64,000 nucleotides of DNA, taken from the UHGV virus genome UHGV-0291501; one strand, 5' to 3'. Origin of the DNA: a virus. Positions 28,023-37,462 of the stretch are shown here, one piece after another. The notes under the pieces are model-generated. The model was not told the origin of the DNA. It did no database searches and worked only from the letters and a program-made list of their open reading frames with translations. A program made the translations under genes and the position numbers. Position 1 is the stretch's first letter. Each line of letters starts with the position of its first letter.

Positions 28023-28766
28023 TTAAACTTTAATGATGGCTCTTAGCTTGTTCTCAAGGTCTGCAAGAGTACCATTATTATGAATAATGTCACGCTCATA
28101 TTTTGTAGAAATCCCATTTTCTGAAACATGTGATGAAACTTTGTCCACATTGTCTCTTTTTACTTCAATAGTTTGGTGTGCAAATCTACTCAGCCATTCA
28201 GCTTCAGAGTCGAATCTTAAATCATTGATTAAGACAAAACCATATTGGTTTCTAAGTGAGCACATTTCATGGAATCTAACCATTCTTTTTTCAAGGTCTT
28301 TAGACCAGAACTTGTCGCCCATTACTTTACGGACAACTTCAGTACCCCAAATCTGTTGAATTTGTCTTGATGAGAATTTATACTTTTTACTAAATCCCAG
28401 ACGTGTTAATAGGGTAGGTTTAGCAACCTTCTTAAGCTCCATGATTAATCGTCCGGTTAACTCTGACATAAGCTTGAAGTCCATATGGTAACGTTCATCT
28501 CTGAAGGTGAACTCCATAGCTTCCGTAACTTTAAACATCAGTTCAGGATATGATAAGTCAAATACTTGTGGAGTCTCTTTAGTTTCACCATACAGGTCAT
28601 TCCAAGTCAGGTCAAATATCTTTGATGCAGACAGTTTAAGGTTGTCTGCAAAGGCCATTACAGCAACATTGTAGCCGTACTCATCCTCTAAGATGTTCTT
28701 CACAATAGAACATGAGGTGTCTTTTCCAGAGCGTGCCTTTCCAGTAAATGCGATAATATTACTCAT
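28023..28766 (-). CDS. Deoxynucleoside monophosphate kinase-like (T4 gp1-type)
   Basis: N-terminal P-loop IIAFTGKARSGKDT resembles the T4 dNMP kinase N-terminus. Confidence 0.6.
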   Translation of the reverse strand: MSNIIAFTGKARSGKDTSCSIVKNILEDEYGYNVAVMAFADNLKLSASKIFDLTWNDLYGETKETPQVFDLSYPELMFKVTEAMEFTFRDERYHMDFKLMSELTGRLIMELKKVAKPTLLTRLGFSKKYKFSSRQIQQIWGTEVVRKVMGDKFWSKDLEKRMVRFHEMCSLRNQYGFVLINDLRFDSEAEWLSRFAHQTIEVKRDNVDKVSSHVSENGISTKYERDIIHNNGTLADLENKLRAIIKV

Positions 28767-28784
28767 TTTATCTCCCTTAATTAC

Positions 28785-28811
28785 TAAAAAGCCCCCAACT
28801 AAGGAGGCTTG
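28785..28811 (-). terminator. Rho-independent terminator (stem with one G-U pair)
   Basis: Minus-strand RNA GCCUCC-UUAGUU-GGGGGC then UUUUUAGUAAUU. Confidence 0.45.
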
Positions 28812-28827
28812 TAAGATTTATAAAGAC

Positions 28828-29628
28828 TTAGTGCAGTTGCTCAGCAGACTCTTTTTCAGCCATAGCTGAGATTTGCTTCACAAAATCATCACCGAAGTTA
28901 ATGCGTAGCTTCTCTTCAATGATTGAAGCACCAATACTCACCAAAACATCATTGATTGCTTGCATACTAACACCACCAGTCATTTCCTCAATGAACTCAA
29001 TACTCACACCCATCATCTGTGACAGTTGGATTAGTGCAACGATATTCATCATCGTAGAGATAGCTGGAATCATCAGTGCAACTTTCACCTGAAGTGGTTC
29101 AATGTCAGCTACAGAGTCATTTTCAACAGCTTCTTCCAAAGACTCTTTAGTTTGTTGGATAATCTCTTTGATTCGTGGGTTTAATTCTTCTACGCCCCAA
29201 TCAAGTTTTTCATATCGTGAAAGTTTCTCTTCCATACGCTTCTCAAGAACAGCCATAACAGCACTCGTTGATGAGATAAGCGTATCAATAATGAAATCAG
29301 TGTCCTTAGTCAGCAACAGTTCCTTATCTTCGTCTGACATCCTGATATAGTCATTCTTTTGCATTTCATAAAAAATGAACTCAGCAAGTGCATCAACACC
29401 AACCGCAATAGATGCCAGAGCAAGTGTAGTGTCTGTTAACATCATGTTGACCTGTTCTGCAAAAGCACCGTTATCAGACTTGTCTTCAGGCAAGTTATAG
29501 CTTGCAGGCATAAACTGTTCTGTGTAGTTGTTACCACGAAGAATCATAGCCATGCTTTCTACGGCATTGATTAAGAATGCTTCATCAACACCTTTCTCTT
29601 CAAGCATCTTTTCTACATCGATATTCAT
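28828..29628 (-). CDS. Hypothetical protein
   Basis: 266-aa acidic, helical ORF; no motif. Confidence 0.45.
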   Translation of the reverse strand: MNIDVEKMLEEKGVDEAFLINAVESMAMILRGNNYTEQFMPASYNLPEDKSDNGAFAEQVNMMLTDTTLALASIAVGVDALAEFIFYEMQKNDYIRMSDEDKELLLTKDTDFIIDTLISSTSAVMAVLEKRMEEKLSRYEKLDWGVEELNPRIKEIIQQTKESLEEAVENDSVADIEPLQVKVALMIPAISTMMNIVALIQLSQMMGVSIEFIEEMTGGVSMQAINDVLVSIGASIIEEKLRINFGDDFVKQISAMAEKESAEQLH

Positions 29629-29629
29629 A

Positions 29630-30052
29630 TTATTTCTCTCTCAGTTGGTTAAGTTTCTTTCTAGAACATTTTAAGTTTTCGGATGAAGAAAAGTCAAGTG
29701 TCTTTTCAGAACGTGGATAGTAGTGTCTATCCCAAGAAGTTTCGACATCGTTAATCAGTGATGCTAGATTACACAGGTCTGTACCACTTTGCAATCTCTT
29801 TTTAAGAGAATCTAGTAAAGCAACTGTGTCTTTGGCTTTACGTCTAGCTGTAGCAACATCTTTCATATGCTCAAATACAGAGCATTTTAAGTCATCTTCA
29901 TAGTTTTCAGACAACTCTATTTCATGTTGTATATCAACCATTCTCCTGTGATGGTGAGCATATTCCCGTTGAGCAGCAATGTCAAGTTCTTCCAACTTCT
30001 GCAAAGCTCTAACAAAGTCAGCTATGTCTGGGTGAACAAACATTTTCTGCAT
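29630..30052 (-). CDS. Hypothetical protein
   Basis: 140-aa ORF, first gene of the leftward block. Confidence 0.45.
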   Translation of the reverse strand: MQKMFVHPDIADFVRALQKLEELDIAAQREYAHHHRRMVDIQHEIELSENYEDDLKCSVFEHMKDVATARRKAKDTVALLDSLKKRLQSGTDLCNLASLINDVETSWDRHYYPRSEKTLDFSSSENLKCSRKKLNQLREK

Positions 30053-30309
30053 GTAAGCCTCTTTTAAGTAACTATTAAGTTTTAATCTTTTATCTTAACG
30101 TATTCTATACGTTATACTTTAAAGCTTTTTAAAAGCTATTAAATAATCTTTTAAGAGTTTTAAAGTATCTGTATAGTTAAACTGTTAAGTAACCTTTTAA
30201 GTAAAAACCCACTTCGCAAAGATTAACACCTTGTCAAGTACATTGTCAACTTGCTTTTTATAATTTTTTGCAGTAATGTATGAGGTTAATGATTTTAGAG
30301 GGAGTAAAA
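30053..30309. promoter_or_regulatory. Divergent AT-rich intergenic region between leftward and rightward gene blocks
   Basis: 257 bp non-coding; contains CTTTTAAG(AG) boxes and near-palindrome agctttttaaaagct; TATAAT at about 30259 but no well-spaced -35. Confidence 0.3.
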
Positions 30310-33009
30310 ATGGAAAACGTAGATTTTAAAAACTTACATTTAGTTGGTGATACAGAAACTGATGGTTTACTCCTTGAGTTCACTAAAGTTCACGTAATGG
30401 CTTTCGCAGACTACAAATCTGACGACGAAGAACCACCAGTATGGGTCTTTACTGATGAACCTATTCTCGGTCACAAGTACACTAAGTACATCAAGGGTGG
30501 ATTACGTGAAGGTATTGAGTTTGCGTTGAAGGCAAAACGACTTTGTATCCATAATGGTCTCGGTTATGACTGGTGGGTTTTCAATCACATTGCACCTGAT
30601 TTGTGGAACTTTGATAATCCAAAGTGTAAGCCGTGGAGTAATTTCTTTCAGGATTCTCTTATTCAGTCTCGTGTTCAATGGATGGATAGACCAACTCCAA
30701 AAGGCTATAAAGGTGCTCATGGCTTGGCAGCATGGGGTGCTCGTGTTGGTGTTCGTAAACCAGAGATTGAACATTGGGGTGTGTGGAATGCAGAAATCTT
30801 CACTCGTGTTGTAGAAGATATCCGTATTAACGCCAAAACTAAACGGGCACTTGATAACGAGTATCTCAAGCTTAAGAAGTGTGGCATAGACACTTATGAA
30901 ACCTACATGCGAGCTAAAGAGACATCTTTCTGGATGAGCCAGCAAGCTATCAATGGTTGGAAAGCTGATAAAGAGCTTATGGAGTTCCATGTAAAGGAAC
31001 TTGACAAGCTGACTAATGAGCTTGCTTCAGAGGTTGAACCACATCTACCTCCAACTATTAAGACCAAAGGTAAAGTAACTGGTGAAGAGTTTGCAAAGGC
31101 TTGGAATGAGTATGTTGAAACATTTGGTCATGCAGATGGGTTGAAGAGAATTACCAAGTACCCTAAGACAAAGTACCGTCAGCAGGTACGTAACGGTGAG
31201 ATGCAGACATATGAAATCAAGCCATTTGGTAAGCCAACTACAAAGATTTTTAACATTGAAAAGAGAAATTGCTATACACCAACCAACTCTGTAACTGGTG
31301 AAGAGTACAAGGAAGGCTTTGTAGCAATGAAGGATGCTCGTGCAATTTGCAATGAGTTGAATGCAAAGATTGGTAAGAAATGCAAAGACTGGAAGCCAGT
31401 AAAAACAGTCAAAACTGTGAAGTACTACAACAGTCATGTTGTTAACCACTTTGAACTTGAGTCAAGTCGCTATACAGGTTTGATTGATGCACCATATACA
31501 CCAATTGAGTTCGAAGTTTCTCGTATGACTCAGGTAGCAGTTGTTAAAGACTACTTGAAATCAGTTGGTTGGATTCCAGATGACTGGAACTACAAGAAAG
31601 ACTCAGATGGTCGCCCTGTCAAAGTTTGTCGTTTCAAAGACAACAAAAAGATGATTACAAAGCATCCTAAGTGGCAGGAGATGGTTGAACGGTGTGGCTT
31701 GAGTTATGTTGAACATGAAGGTGTCCAGTACATTGAGCATAACTGGTCTGTGAAGAAGTACACAGATTTGCTTGAGCCTTGCTTAATCCGTACTTCACCA
31801 AAACTTACTGAATCATCTTATGATACGATTGAAGGCGAGCTTGGACAGAAGATTGCTAAATACTATACTTTGATGCACCGACGTAGAACTATTGAGAACT
31901 CAAAGGATGATGAAAAAGGTTGGTTGAACCAGATTCGTCCTGATGGTCGCCTTAGTGCTGGTGCAATGGTGTTTGGTACTTCAACTGGACGTATGACACA
32001 ATATGGTATTGTAAACGTACCGTCTGGTGCTGCTGTCTATGGGGAACCAATGAGGGCAGTGTGGATTTGTGAAGAAGGTACTAACGTCGTCTCTGTAGAC
32101 ATGAACTCAGCCCAGCTAGTTCTTCTTTGTAACTTTATGGGTGACAAAGACTTCACCAAAGCGGTGACGCAAGGTAAAGAAGAGATTGAGTTTATTCGTC
32201 AAGAAGATGGACGCTATTACTGCAAACATTTTGATGAGTACCTCAATCCAGAGATTGATAAGTACCTTCGCTATGACTCTGAGAATGACCTTTACGTTGT
32301 CTATTCAGGGACTGATGCACACACACTGAACAGTATTTACTTTAGCTTGAATGATGAGCAGGATATCTTGACTTGTCGAGCTACTCAGGATGAGAATCTT
32401 CTTCATGAGATTAGTAAAGGTCGTAAGAAAGCTAAGAATGGTATCTATGCACTGCTGTTCGGTGCAGGGGATGAGAAGTTTGCTAAGACGATTAAAGCTG
32501 CAACTACTCAGGAAGGTGCACTGACTAAACAAACTTACTTTATTCGTTTGCCTAAAATTAAGAAGCTACTAGATGACTTGGAAGCTGACTACAAAGCAAC
32601 TAAAAAGGCACTTGAAGAGGTGTTTGGTAAGACTGCTGCAATCTCTAAAGGGGGTTTTGTAAAGGTTGCTGGAGCTTGGTTGTGGTGTAAATCTCCACAC
32701 AAACTGTTGAACTACCTTTTGATGGGTTCAGAGGCCCAGATTCAAAATGAGGCAATTAACCTTGCTTGTCGTCGCATGATTGACGAAGGGTTGATGAAGC
32801 TAAATGGGCGTAAACCAGCTATAGGTGCTCGCTTATTGTGCGCATATCACGATGAGACTAGCTGGGAATGTCCAGAGAGTATGACGGCAGAAGTAAAAGC
32901 AGTTACTGATTGGTATTACGGGCAAGCTTCTAAGAACTTAGGTCTTAAGAAAGAAACACTTGTAACTGGTACAGGTAAGGTTGGAAAGAGTTGGCTTGAG
33001 GTTCACTGA
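30310..33009 (+). CDS. DNA polymerase, family A, with 3-prime-5-prime exonuclease domain
   Basis: Exo I motif LVGDTETDGL; motif B RKKAKNGIYALLFGAG; motif C YHDE. Start placed at ATG 30310 (MENVDF) with gagggag RBS. Confidence 0.85.
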   Translation: MENVDFKNLHLVGDTETDGLLLEFTKVHVMAFADYKSDDEEPPVWVFTDEPILGHKYTKYIKGGLREGIEFALKAKRLCIHNGLGYDWWVFNHIAPDLWNFDNPKCKPWSNFFQDSLIQSRVQWMDRPTPKGYKGAHGLAAWGARVGVRKPEIEHWGVWNAEIFTRVVEDIRINAKTKRALDNEYLKLKKCGIDTYETYMRAKETSFWMSQQAINGWKADKELMEFHVKELDKLTNELASEVEPHLPPTIKTKGKVTGEEFAKAWNEYVETFGHADGLKRITKYPKTKYRQQVRNGEMQTYEIKPFGKPTTKIFNIEKRNCYTPTNSVTGEEYKEGFVAMKDARAICNELNAKIGKKCKDWKPVKTVKTVKYYNSHVVNHFELESSRYTGLIDAPYTPIEFEVSRMTQVAVVKDYLKSVGWIPDDWNYKKDSDGRPVKVCRFKDNKKMITKHPKWQEMVERCGLSYVEHEGVQYIEHNWSVKKYTDLLEPCLIRTSPKLTESSYDTIEGELGQKIAKYYTLMHRRRTIENSKDDEKGWLNQIRPDGRLSAGAMVFGTSTGRMTQYGIVNVPSGAAVYGEPMRAVWICEEGTNVVSVDMNSAQLVLLCNFMGDKDFTKAVTQGKEEIEFIRQEDGRYYCKHFDEYLNPEIDKYLRYDSENDLYVVYSGTDAHTLNSIYFSLNDEQDILTCRATQDENLLHEISKGRKKAKNGIYALLFGAGDEKFAKTIKAATTQEGALTKQTYFIRLPKIKKLLDDLEADYKATKKALEEVFGKTAAISKGGFVKVAGAWLWCKSPHKLLNYLLMGSEAQIQNEAINLACRRMIDEGLMKLNGRKPAIGARLLCAYHDETSWECPESMTAEVKAVTDWYYGQASKNLGLKKETLVTGTGKVGKSWLEVH

Positions 33010-33070
33010 TTAGTATTGACAAGGTTCTCATGGAAGAGTACCTTATACTGTATCTTATATAGGAGGGCTT

Positions 33071-33280
33071 ATGAGCCACCGTGGAAGAACTCATGCAGCA
33101 ATGATGAAAGGTGCTTCAAAGGAGACTATCAAGAATCGTAAGCAAAAGTTGTTTGAGAGAATGAATAGACTCATTGATAACACTTCCCTGTCTGGTGGTG
33201 AGAAAGTTTTCCTTAAAAGTAACCTTAAAAGCATTGCACAAGAACTTATAGACATTGAATATTGGAGATATCAAAAATGA
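33071..33280 (+). CDS. Hypothetical protein
   Basis: 69 aa; RBS ggaggg upstream. Confidence 0.45.
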   Translation: MSHRGRTHAAMMKGASKETIKNRKQKLFERMNRLIDNTSLSGGEKVFLKSNLKSIAQELIDIEYWRYQK

Positions 33281-33495
33281 CACTTGCAGACGTTATTCAG
33301 CAACTTCATGATAACTGCTATACTCCAGAGCTGATTCAGGAGATGTGCATTGTAGTCATGCCTAGTAGGTTCGTAAAAACCTTTAACAGCGACACTTTAA
33401 GGTCTGCACACATTCTTATTGTTGAAGGTAAGATTGCAAAAGACCGTACTGGAGTACTCAAAGGTGAACGTATTGATATTCTGGAGTTGCTATGA
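33277..33495 (+). CDS. Hypothetical protein
   Basis: Start at ATG 33277 (MTLADV) coupled to upstream stop (ATGA); track start at 33262 is TTG. Confidence 0.4.
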   Translation: MTLADVIQQLHDNCYTPELIQEMCIVVMPSRFVKTFNSDTLRSAHILIVEGKIAKDRTGVLKGERIDILELL

Positions 33496-33627
33496 AGAAA
33501 ATGTACAGTCTCTGGGGGAGGGTTGGTAAAGGTTTTGACTGGACACTTCTTCGTTCAAACGTTAAACGTAGTGACTTACCAGAACTCATCACTCACTATT
33601 TAAAAACATACAGAGAGGTAGACTATC

Positions 33628-33888
33628 GTGAACAATAAGGTTAAGAGTTGTGTGAAAGCAATGGTTGCACTTGGAGTAATTTTTCTGGCTGGCTGTAACC
33701 CATCTTATGAAAACAAAGATGCCTCTTACAGCCTCCCTCCAGAGATGCAAGACTGCAAAATCTACAAACTCAATGGGGATGCTATAAGCAGGGATATTGT
33801 TGTTGTCAGATGCCCAAACTCTCAAACAACAACATCTTATAGATATGGCAAAAATGGTCAATCACACACTACTGTTATTGATGGATGA
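33628..33888 (+). CDS. Putative lipoprotein
   Basis: GTG start; signal peptide with lipobox (VIFLAGC). Confidence 0.5.
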   Translation: MNNKVKSCVKAMVALGVIFLAGCNPSYENKDASYSLPPEMQDCKIYKLNGDAISRDIVVVRCPNSQTTTSYRYGKNGQSHTTVIDG

Positions 33889-33895
33889 GACTAAT

Positions 33896-34102
33896 ATGCA
33901 AGTTTTAGTACACTATATCTACTGCTACGATGTTGTTTATTCCACTGCAACCGTGGCCCAACGTAACCCAATCGTACCGCGAGAAGGTGAATTGGTTCGC
34001 ATTGAGGGTTGGACTTACACTGTGGAAAACATCATTCATAAGTTTGATGTTGCTGGTGATGTTCAAGTTATTGACGTAGAGATTGGTGGTAAGAGAAAAT
34101 GA
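33896..34102 (+). CDS. Hypothetical protein
   Basis: Internal ATG (MQVLVHY) with RBS ggatgag; the longer track ORF from 33797 overlaps the lipoprotein gene. Confidence 0.35.
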   Translation: MQVLVHYIYCYDVVYSTATVAQRNPIVPREGELVRIEGWTYTVENIIHKFDVAGDVQVIDVEIGGKRK

Positions 34103-34290
34103 ACAAAGAAGATAAGCATAAAAATGCTGTACGGACTCCTGATGGAAAGGTTCAATCCTTCATCCTGACAGTTGGTGGAAAGCCGTTTCGTTGCCACTGC
34201 GGAGCAAACTGTTTTCATAAACCAGATAAAAATAACTTAGAGCTTTACGCATGTAATGCTTGCAATACTTGGTATCACTCAGAGGATTGA
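34099..34290 (+). CDS. Small zinc-ribbon protein
   Basis: 63 aa with CHCGANC ... CNACN pattern. Confidence 0.45.
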   Translation: MNKEDKHKNAVRTPDGKVQSFILTVGGKPFRCHCGANCFHKPDKNNLELYACNACNTWYHSED

Positions 34291-34292
34291 TT

Positions 34293-34817
34293 ATGATTGA
34301 CAATAGGCGCAGAAATATAATCATCAAAAACTTCCGCGAAGTGTCGCAAAATTTAAGACTAGATGATGTCAGACTTAGGAAATCTTGGTATGACATGAAG
34401 GTATTAGAATATTCTAAAAATCAGCCAATTAAGTTATCTATCTTAGAACATTGGTATACAAACTTTGCAACACCTGAAAATCATAATAAATTATACAAAA
34501 ACTATGTAGATGTTTGTAAAAAGTTTGGTGTAGCAATAGTCGACGACAGTATTGGATTGCTTTATGACCTGTACACAAGGTTCTCTGAATATGCTTTTAA
34601 TGTTCAGTTCAAGAACTACTTAAAGTATGATGATGGTTCATTAAAGTTGTACAACTATGGTTATGGAAAACTAGCCTGCAAACAAGATGATGGTTCTTTT
34701 ATAGACTTCTACACAGGGGTTTTTGTGTACTTACCTGAACAGTGTATGTCACTATCTGATTTAGCAGTCTCACAATTTGGTATCTTTATTCCAGTAAAAT
34801 CACACATGCTAAGGTAA
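34293..34817 (+). CDS. Hypothetical protein
   Basis: Start at ATG 34293 (MIDNRRRN) with gagga RBS; track start at 34260 is TTG. Confidence 0.45.
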   Translation: MIDNRRRNIIIKNFREVSQNLRLDDVRLRKSWYDMKVLEYSKNQPIKLSILEHWYTNFATPENHNKLYKNYVDVCKKFGVAIVDDSIGLLYDLYTRFSEYAFNVQFKNYLKYDDGSLKLYNYGYGKLACKQDDGSFIDFYTGVFVYLPEQCMSLSDLAVSQFGIFIPVKSHMLR

Positions 34818-34822
34818 TTTGA

Positions 34823-35923
34823 ATGACAATTCTATACAAACAAAATAAAGATGGCTCTTTTAACGTCTGGTCATGTGTCGCTGTAGGTGACAAAGTTATT
34901 ACAACCTATGGTAAAGAAAATGGCAAGATGATGTTTGAAGAGTATACAGCAGAACCTAAAAACATCGGTAAAAAGAATGAGCGTAACGCTGAACAGCAAG
35001 CTCTCTTTGAAGTTGCTGCTAAGTATAAAAAGCAAGTTGACCGTAAAGGTTATGCTTACACAAAAGAGTCTGCACAGAATACTGAGAAGGTAGGTGTACA
35101 GCTTGCTCATGATGCTGCAAAGGTTAGTCATGCAAAGTATCTGAAGTTCCCTGCTGATGCTCAACCAAAACTTGATGGTGTTCGTTGTAGAATTTCAAGA
35201 GATGCTGATTCAGTTAGCTTCACGGCTTATTCTCGTGAGAATACTGTTTACAACGTCCCAGTAGAACTAATCCCAGATTTGCTTTTGTTGCTTAAATTGC
35301 ATCCACAAGTAGAAGACTTTGATGGTGAGATTTATGCTCATGGTTGGGACTTAGAAGATATTGTGTCTATGATTAAGAATGCTGACAATCCAGACCGACA
35401 TCTACTCCAGTTCTACTGGTACGATATCTGTGACAGCACTAAGACGTGGCCTGAGCGTAGAGATATTATTGAGACTTCACCTATTGTTGAGCTTGGGGAT
35501 ACCTGTAGAGTGGTTCCTGTACAGACTATCCGTGTAAATTCTTGGGAAGAGTTTGATGAAGCCCATGATAAGTGGGTTGAAGCTAAGTTTGAAGGTGCAA
35601 TGTACCGTTCAATCTCTGAAGACTCCTTCTATGAGTGTGGTCACCGTTCATACTTCTTGATTAAGCACAAGAAGATGCACACTGAAGAGTTTAAAGTAAC
35701 TGGTGTAAAGACTGATAAACGTGGTCATGGTAAGTTCGTCGTAGAGACTCTTCCTAACGTCTTTGTAGATGTCTCATGGAAGACTACTCATGAGAAGAAA
35801 CAGTATCTTGCTGAACATCCTGAAGAGTTTATCGGGAAACCTTTAACTGTTCAGTTCCAGAAGATGACTCGTAAGGGTTCTTTACAGTTCCCTGTTGGGT
35901 TAGTTATTCGAGATTACGAATAA
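34823..35923 (+). CDS. ATP-dependent DNA ligase
   Basis: Adenylation motif I KLDGVRC; size like T7-type ligases. Confidence 0.8.
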   Translation: MTILYKQNKDGSFNVWSCVAVGDKVITTYGKENGKMMFEEYTAEPKNIGKKNERNAEQQALFEVAAKYKKQVDRKGYAYTKESAQNTEKVGVQLAHDAAKVSHAKYLKFPADAQPKLDGVRCRISRDADSVSFTAYSRENTVYNVPVELIPDLLLLLKLHPQVEDFDGEIYAHGWDLEDIVSMIKNADNPDRHLLQFYWYDICDSTKTWPERRDIIETSPIVELGDTCRVVPVQTIRVNSWEEFDEAHDKWVEAKFEGAMYRSISEDSFYECGHRSYFLIKHKKMHTEEFKVTGVKTDKRGHGKFVVETLPNVFVDVSWKTTHEKKQYLAEHPEEFIGKPLTVQFQKMTRKGSLQFPVGLVIRDYE

Positions 35924-35930
35924 AAAGTTG

Positions 35931-35958
35931 TTGACATAGAAAATTTGGTGAGTATACT
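35931..35958 (+). promoter_or_regulatory. Near-consensus sigma70-type promoter TTGACA-N16-TATACT
   Basis: Read directly just after the ligase stop; would transcribe into the G/T-rich non-coding region. Confidence 0.45.
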
Positions 35959-36035
35959 GAGCAGCATAAACCAACGGGTACTCACCAGCATCACTTAAGA
36001 GTCTTCTAAGAGGGTTTTTAAGTAATGTGATGTTT

Positions 36036-36119
36036 GGTTTGGTGTGGTCAGGTAATGTGATGTCTGGTTTAGTGCGGTGATGTGCGGTCCGGTAAGGTCC
36101 GGTGCGGTAAAGTGCGGGT
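36036..36119 (+). repeat. Phased pentamer tract 1A: about 17 tandem (G/N)GTNN units
   Basis: ggttt ggtgt ggtca ggtaa tgtga tgtct ggttt agtgc ggtga tgtgc ggtcc ggtaa ggtcc ggtgc ggtaa agtgc gggta; strict 5-bp phase. Confidence 0.7.
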
Positions 36120-36177
36120 AGTTAGTCTCAGCTACATTAAAATGAGACTTACCTTTTTAAAAGGTCTTTAAGAGGGT
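36116..36177 (+). repeat. 62-bp hairpin module, copy 1 (identical to 37527-37588)
   Basis: gggtagttagtctcagctacattaaaatgagacttacctttttaaaaggtctttaagagggt; 7-bp stem agtctca/tgagact; 15-bp palindrome acctttttaaaaggt. Confidence 0.75.
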
Positions 36178-36186
36178 TTTTTAATG

Positions 36187-36270
36187 AGGTAGGGTAAAGT
36201 AATGTTTGGTCTGGTTTGGTAAGGCGCGGTCTGGTTTGGTAAGGTAAGGTTCGGTATGGTATGGGTGGAT
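36187..36270 (+). repeat. Phased pentamer tract 1B: about 17 GGTNN units
   Basis: ggtag ggtaa agtaa tgttt ggtct ggttt ggtaa ggcgc ggtct ggttt ggtaa ggtaa ggttc ggtat ggtat gggtg. Confidence 0.7.
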
Positions 36271-36297
36271 GGTAGTAGCCACGTTAAAAATCTACCA
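36270..36297 (+). other. Stem-loop (6-bp stem, 16-nt A-rich loop) conserved with a compensatory change in region 2
   Basis: tggtag-tagccacgttaaaaat-ctacca here versus tggcag-tagccttataaaaaat-ctgcca at 37671-37698. Confidence 0.5.
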
Positions 36298-36354
36298 AGT
36301 TTCTAAAGAGTCTTCTGTTGAGGGTTCTTTACAAACAACTTAACAATCAACTAA

Positions 36355-36960
<606 letters not shown>

Positions 36961-36962
36961 TT

Positions 36963-37403
36963 ATGAATACAAAAGCATTAGCAGCAAAGTTTAGTTACGG
37001 TGACACTGTATCACATTCTGAGATGGACACCTTCTTAGGTATTGTGAAGCCAACTTATCAAGGTGACATTGTTAAGTACGAAGATGAAATGAAGGCTTAT
37101 GCGCTTACACGTCTAAACCGACTTGAGAAGTTTATTGAGAAGCTTCTTAAAGAAGAGAAGATTTATCTGGTTGCTTCAATGGGTGTTGGTTATCGTGTGG
37201 TTGAACCTAAGCATCAAGCAACTATTGCAAAACGTAAAATGTCTGGTAAAATTGGTCGTGCTTTAAAGCAAGCTACTCAAGCAATTGAGAATGTGAACAC
37301 TATGGCACTTAGCCACCAAGAACGTTCACGACTAATTGAACAGCAAAACCATTTAGCTGCTATGAAAGCTAACATTAACAAGCAACGTAGAAAACCTTTC
37401 TAA
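36963..37403 (+). CDS. Hypothetical protein (cassette gene 2), helical, basic C-terminus
   Basis: 146 aa; tightly coupled to the upstream gene; followed by a terminator. Confidence 0.5.
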   Translation: MNTKALAAKFSYGDTVSHSEMDTFLGIVKPTYQGDIVKYEDEMKAYALTRLNRLEKFIEKLLKEEKIYLVASMGVGYRVVEPKHQATIAKRKMSGKIGRALKQATQAIENVNTMALSHQERSRLIEQQNHLAAMKANINKQRRKPF

Positions 37404-37414
37404 GTTGACTAGGT

Positions 37415-37437
37415 AGCCTCTTCGGAGGCTCCTTTTT
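37415..37437 (+). terminator. Rho-independent terminator
   Basis: Hairpin agcctc-ttcg-gaggct followed by CCUUUUU. Confidence 0.55.
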
Positions 37438-37462
37438 AAAAGGTCTTTAAGAGGGTCTTTTA

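Noticed and set aside
30231-30264. Sigma70 promoter for the DNA polymerase gene built from TTGTCA and TATAAT
   Set aside because: Spacers between the TTGTCA copies and TATAAT are 10 or 22 bp; no acceptable geometry, so the polymerase promoter remains unassigned.
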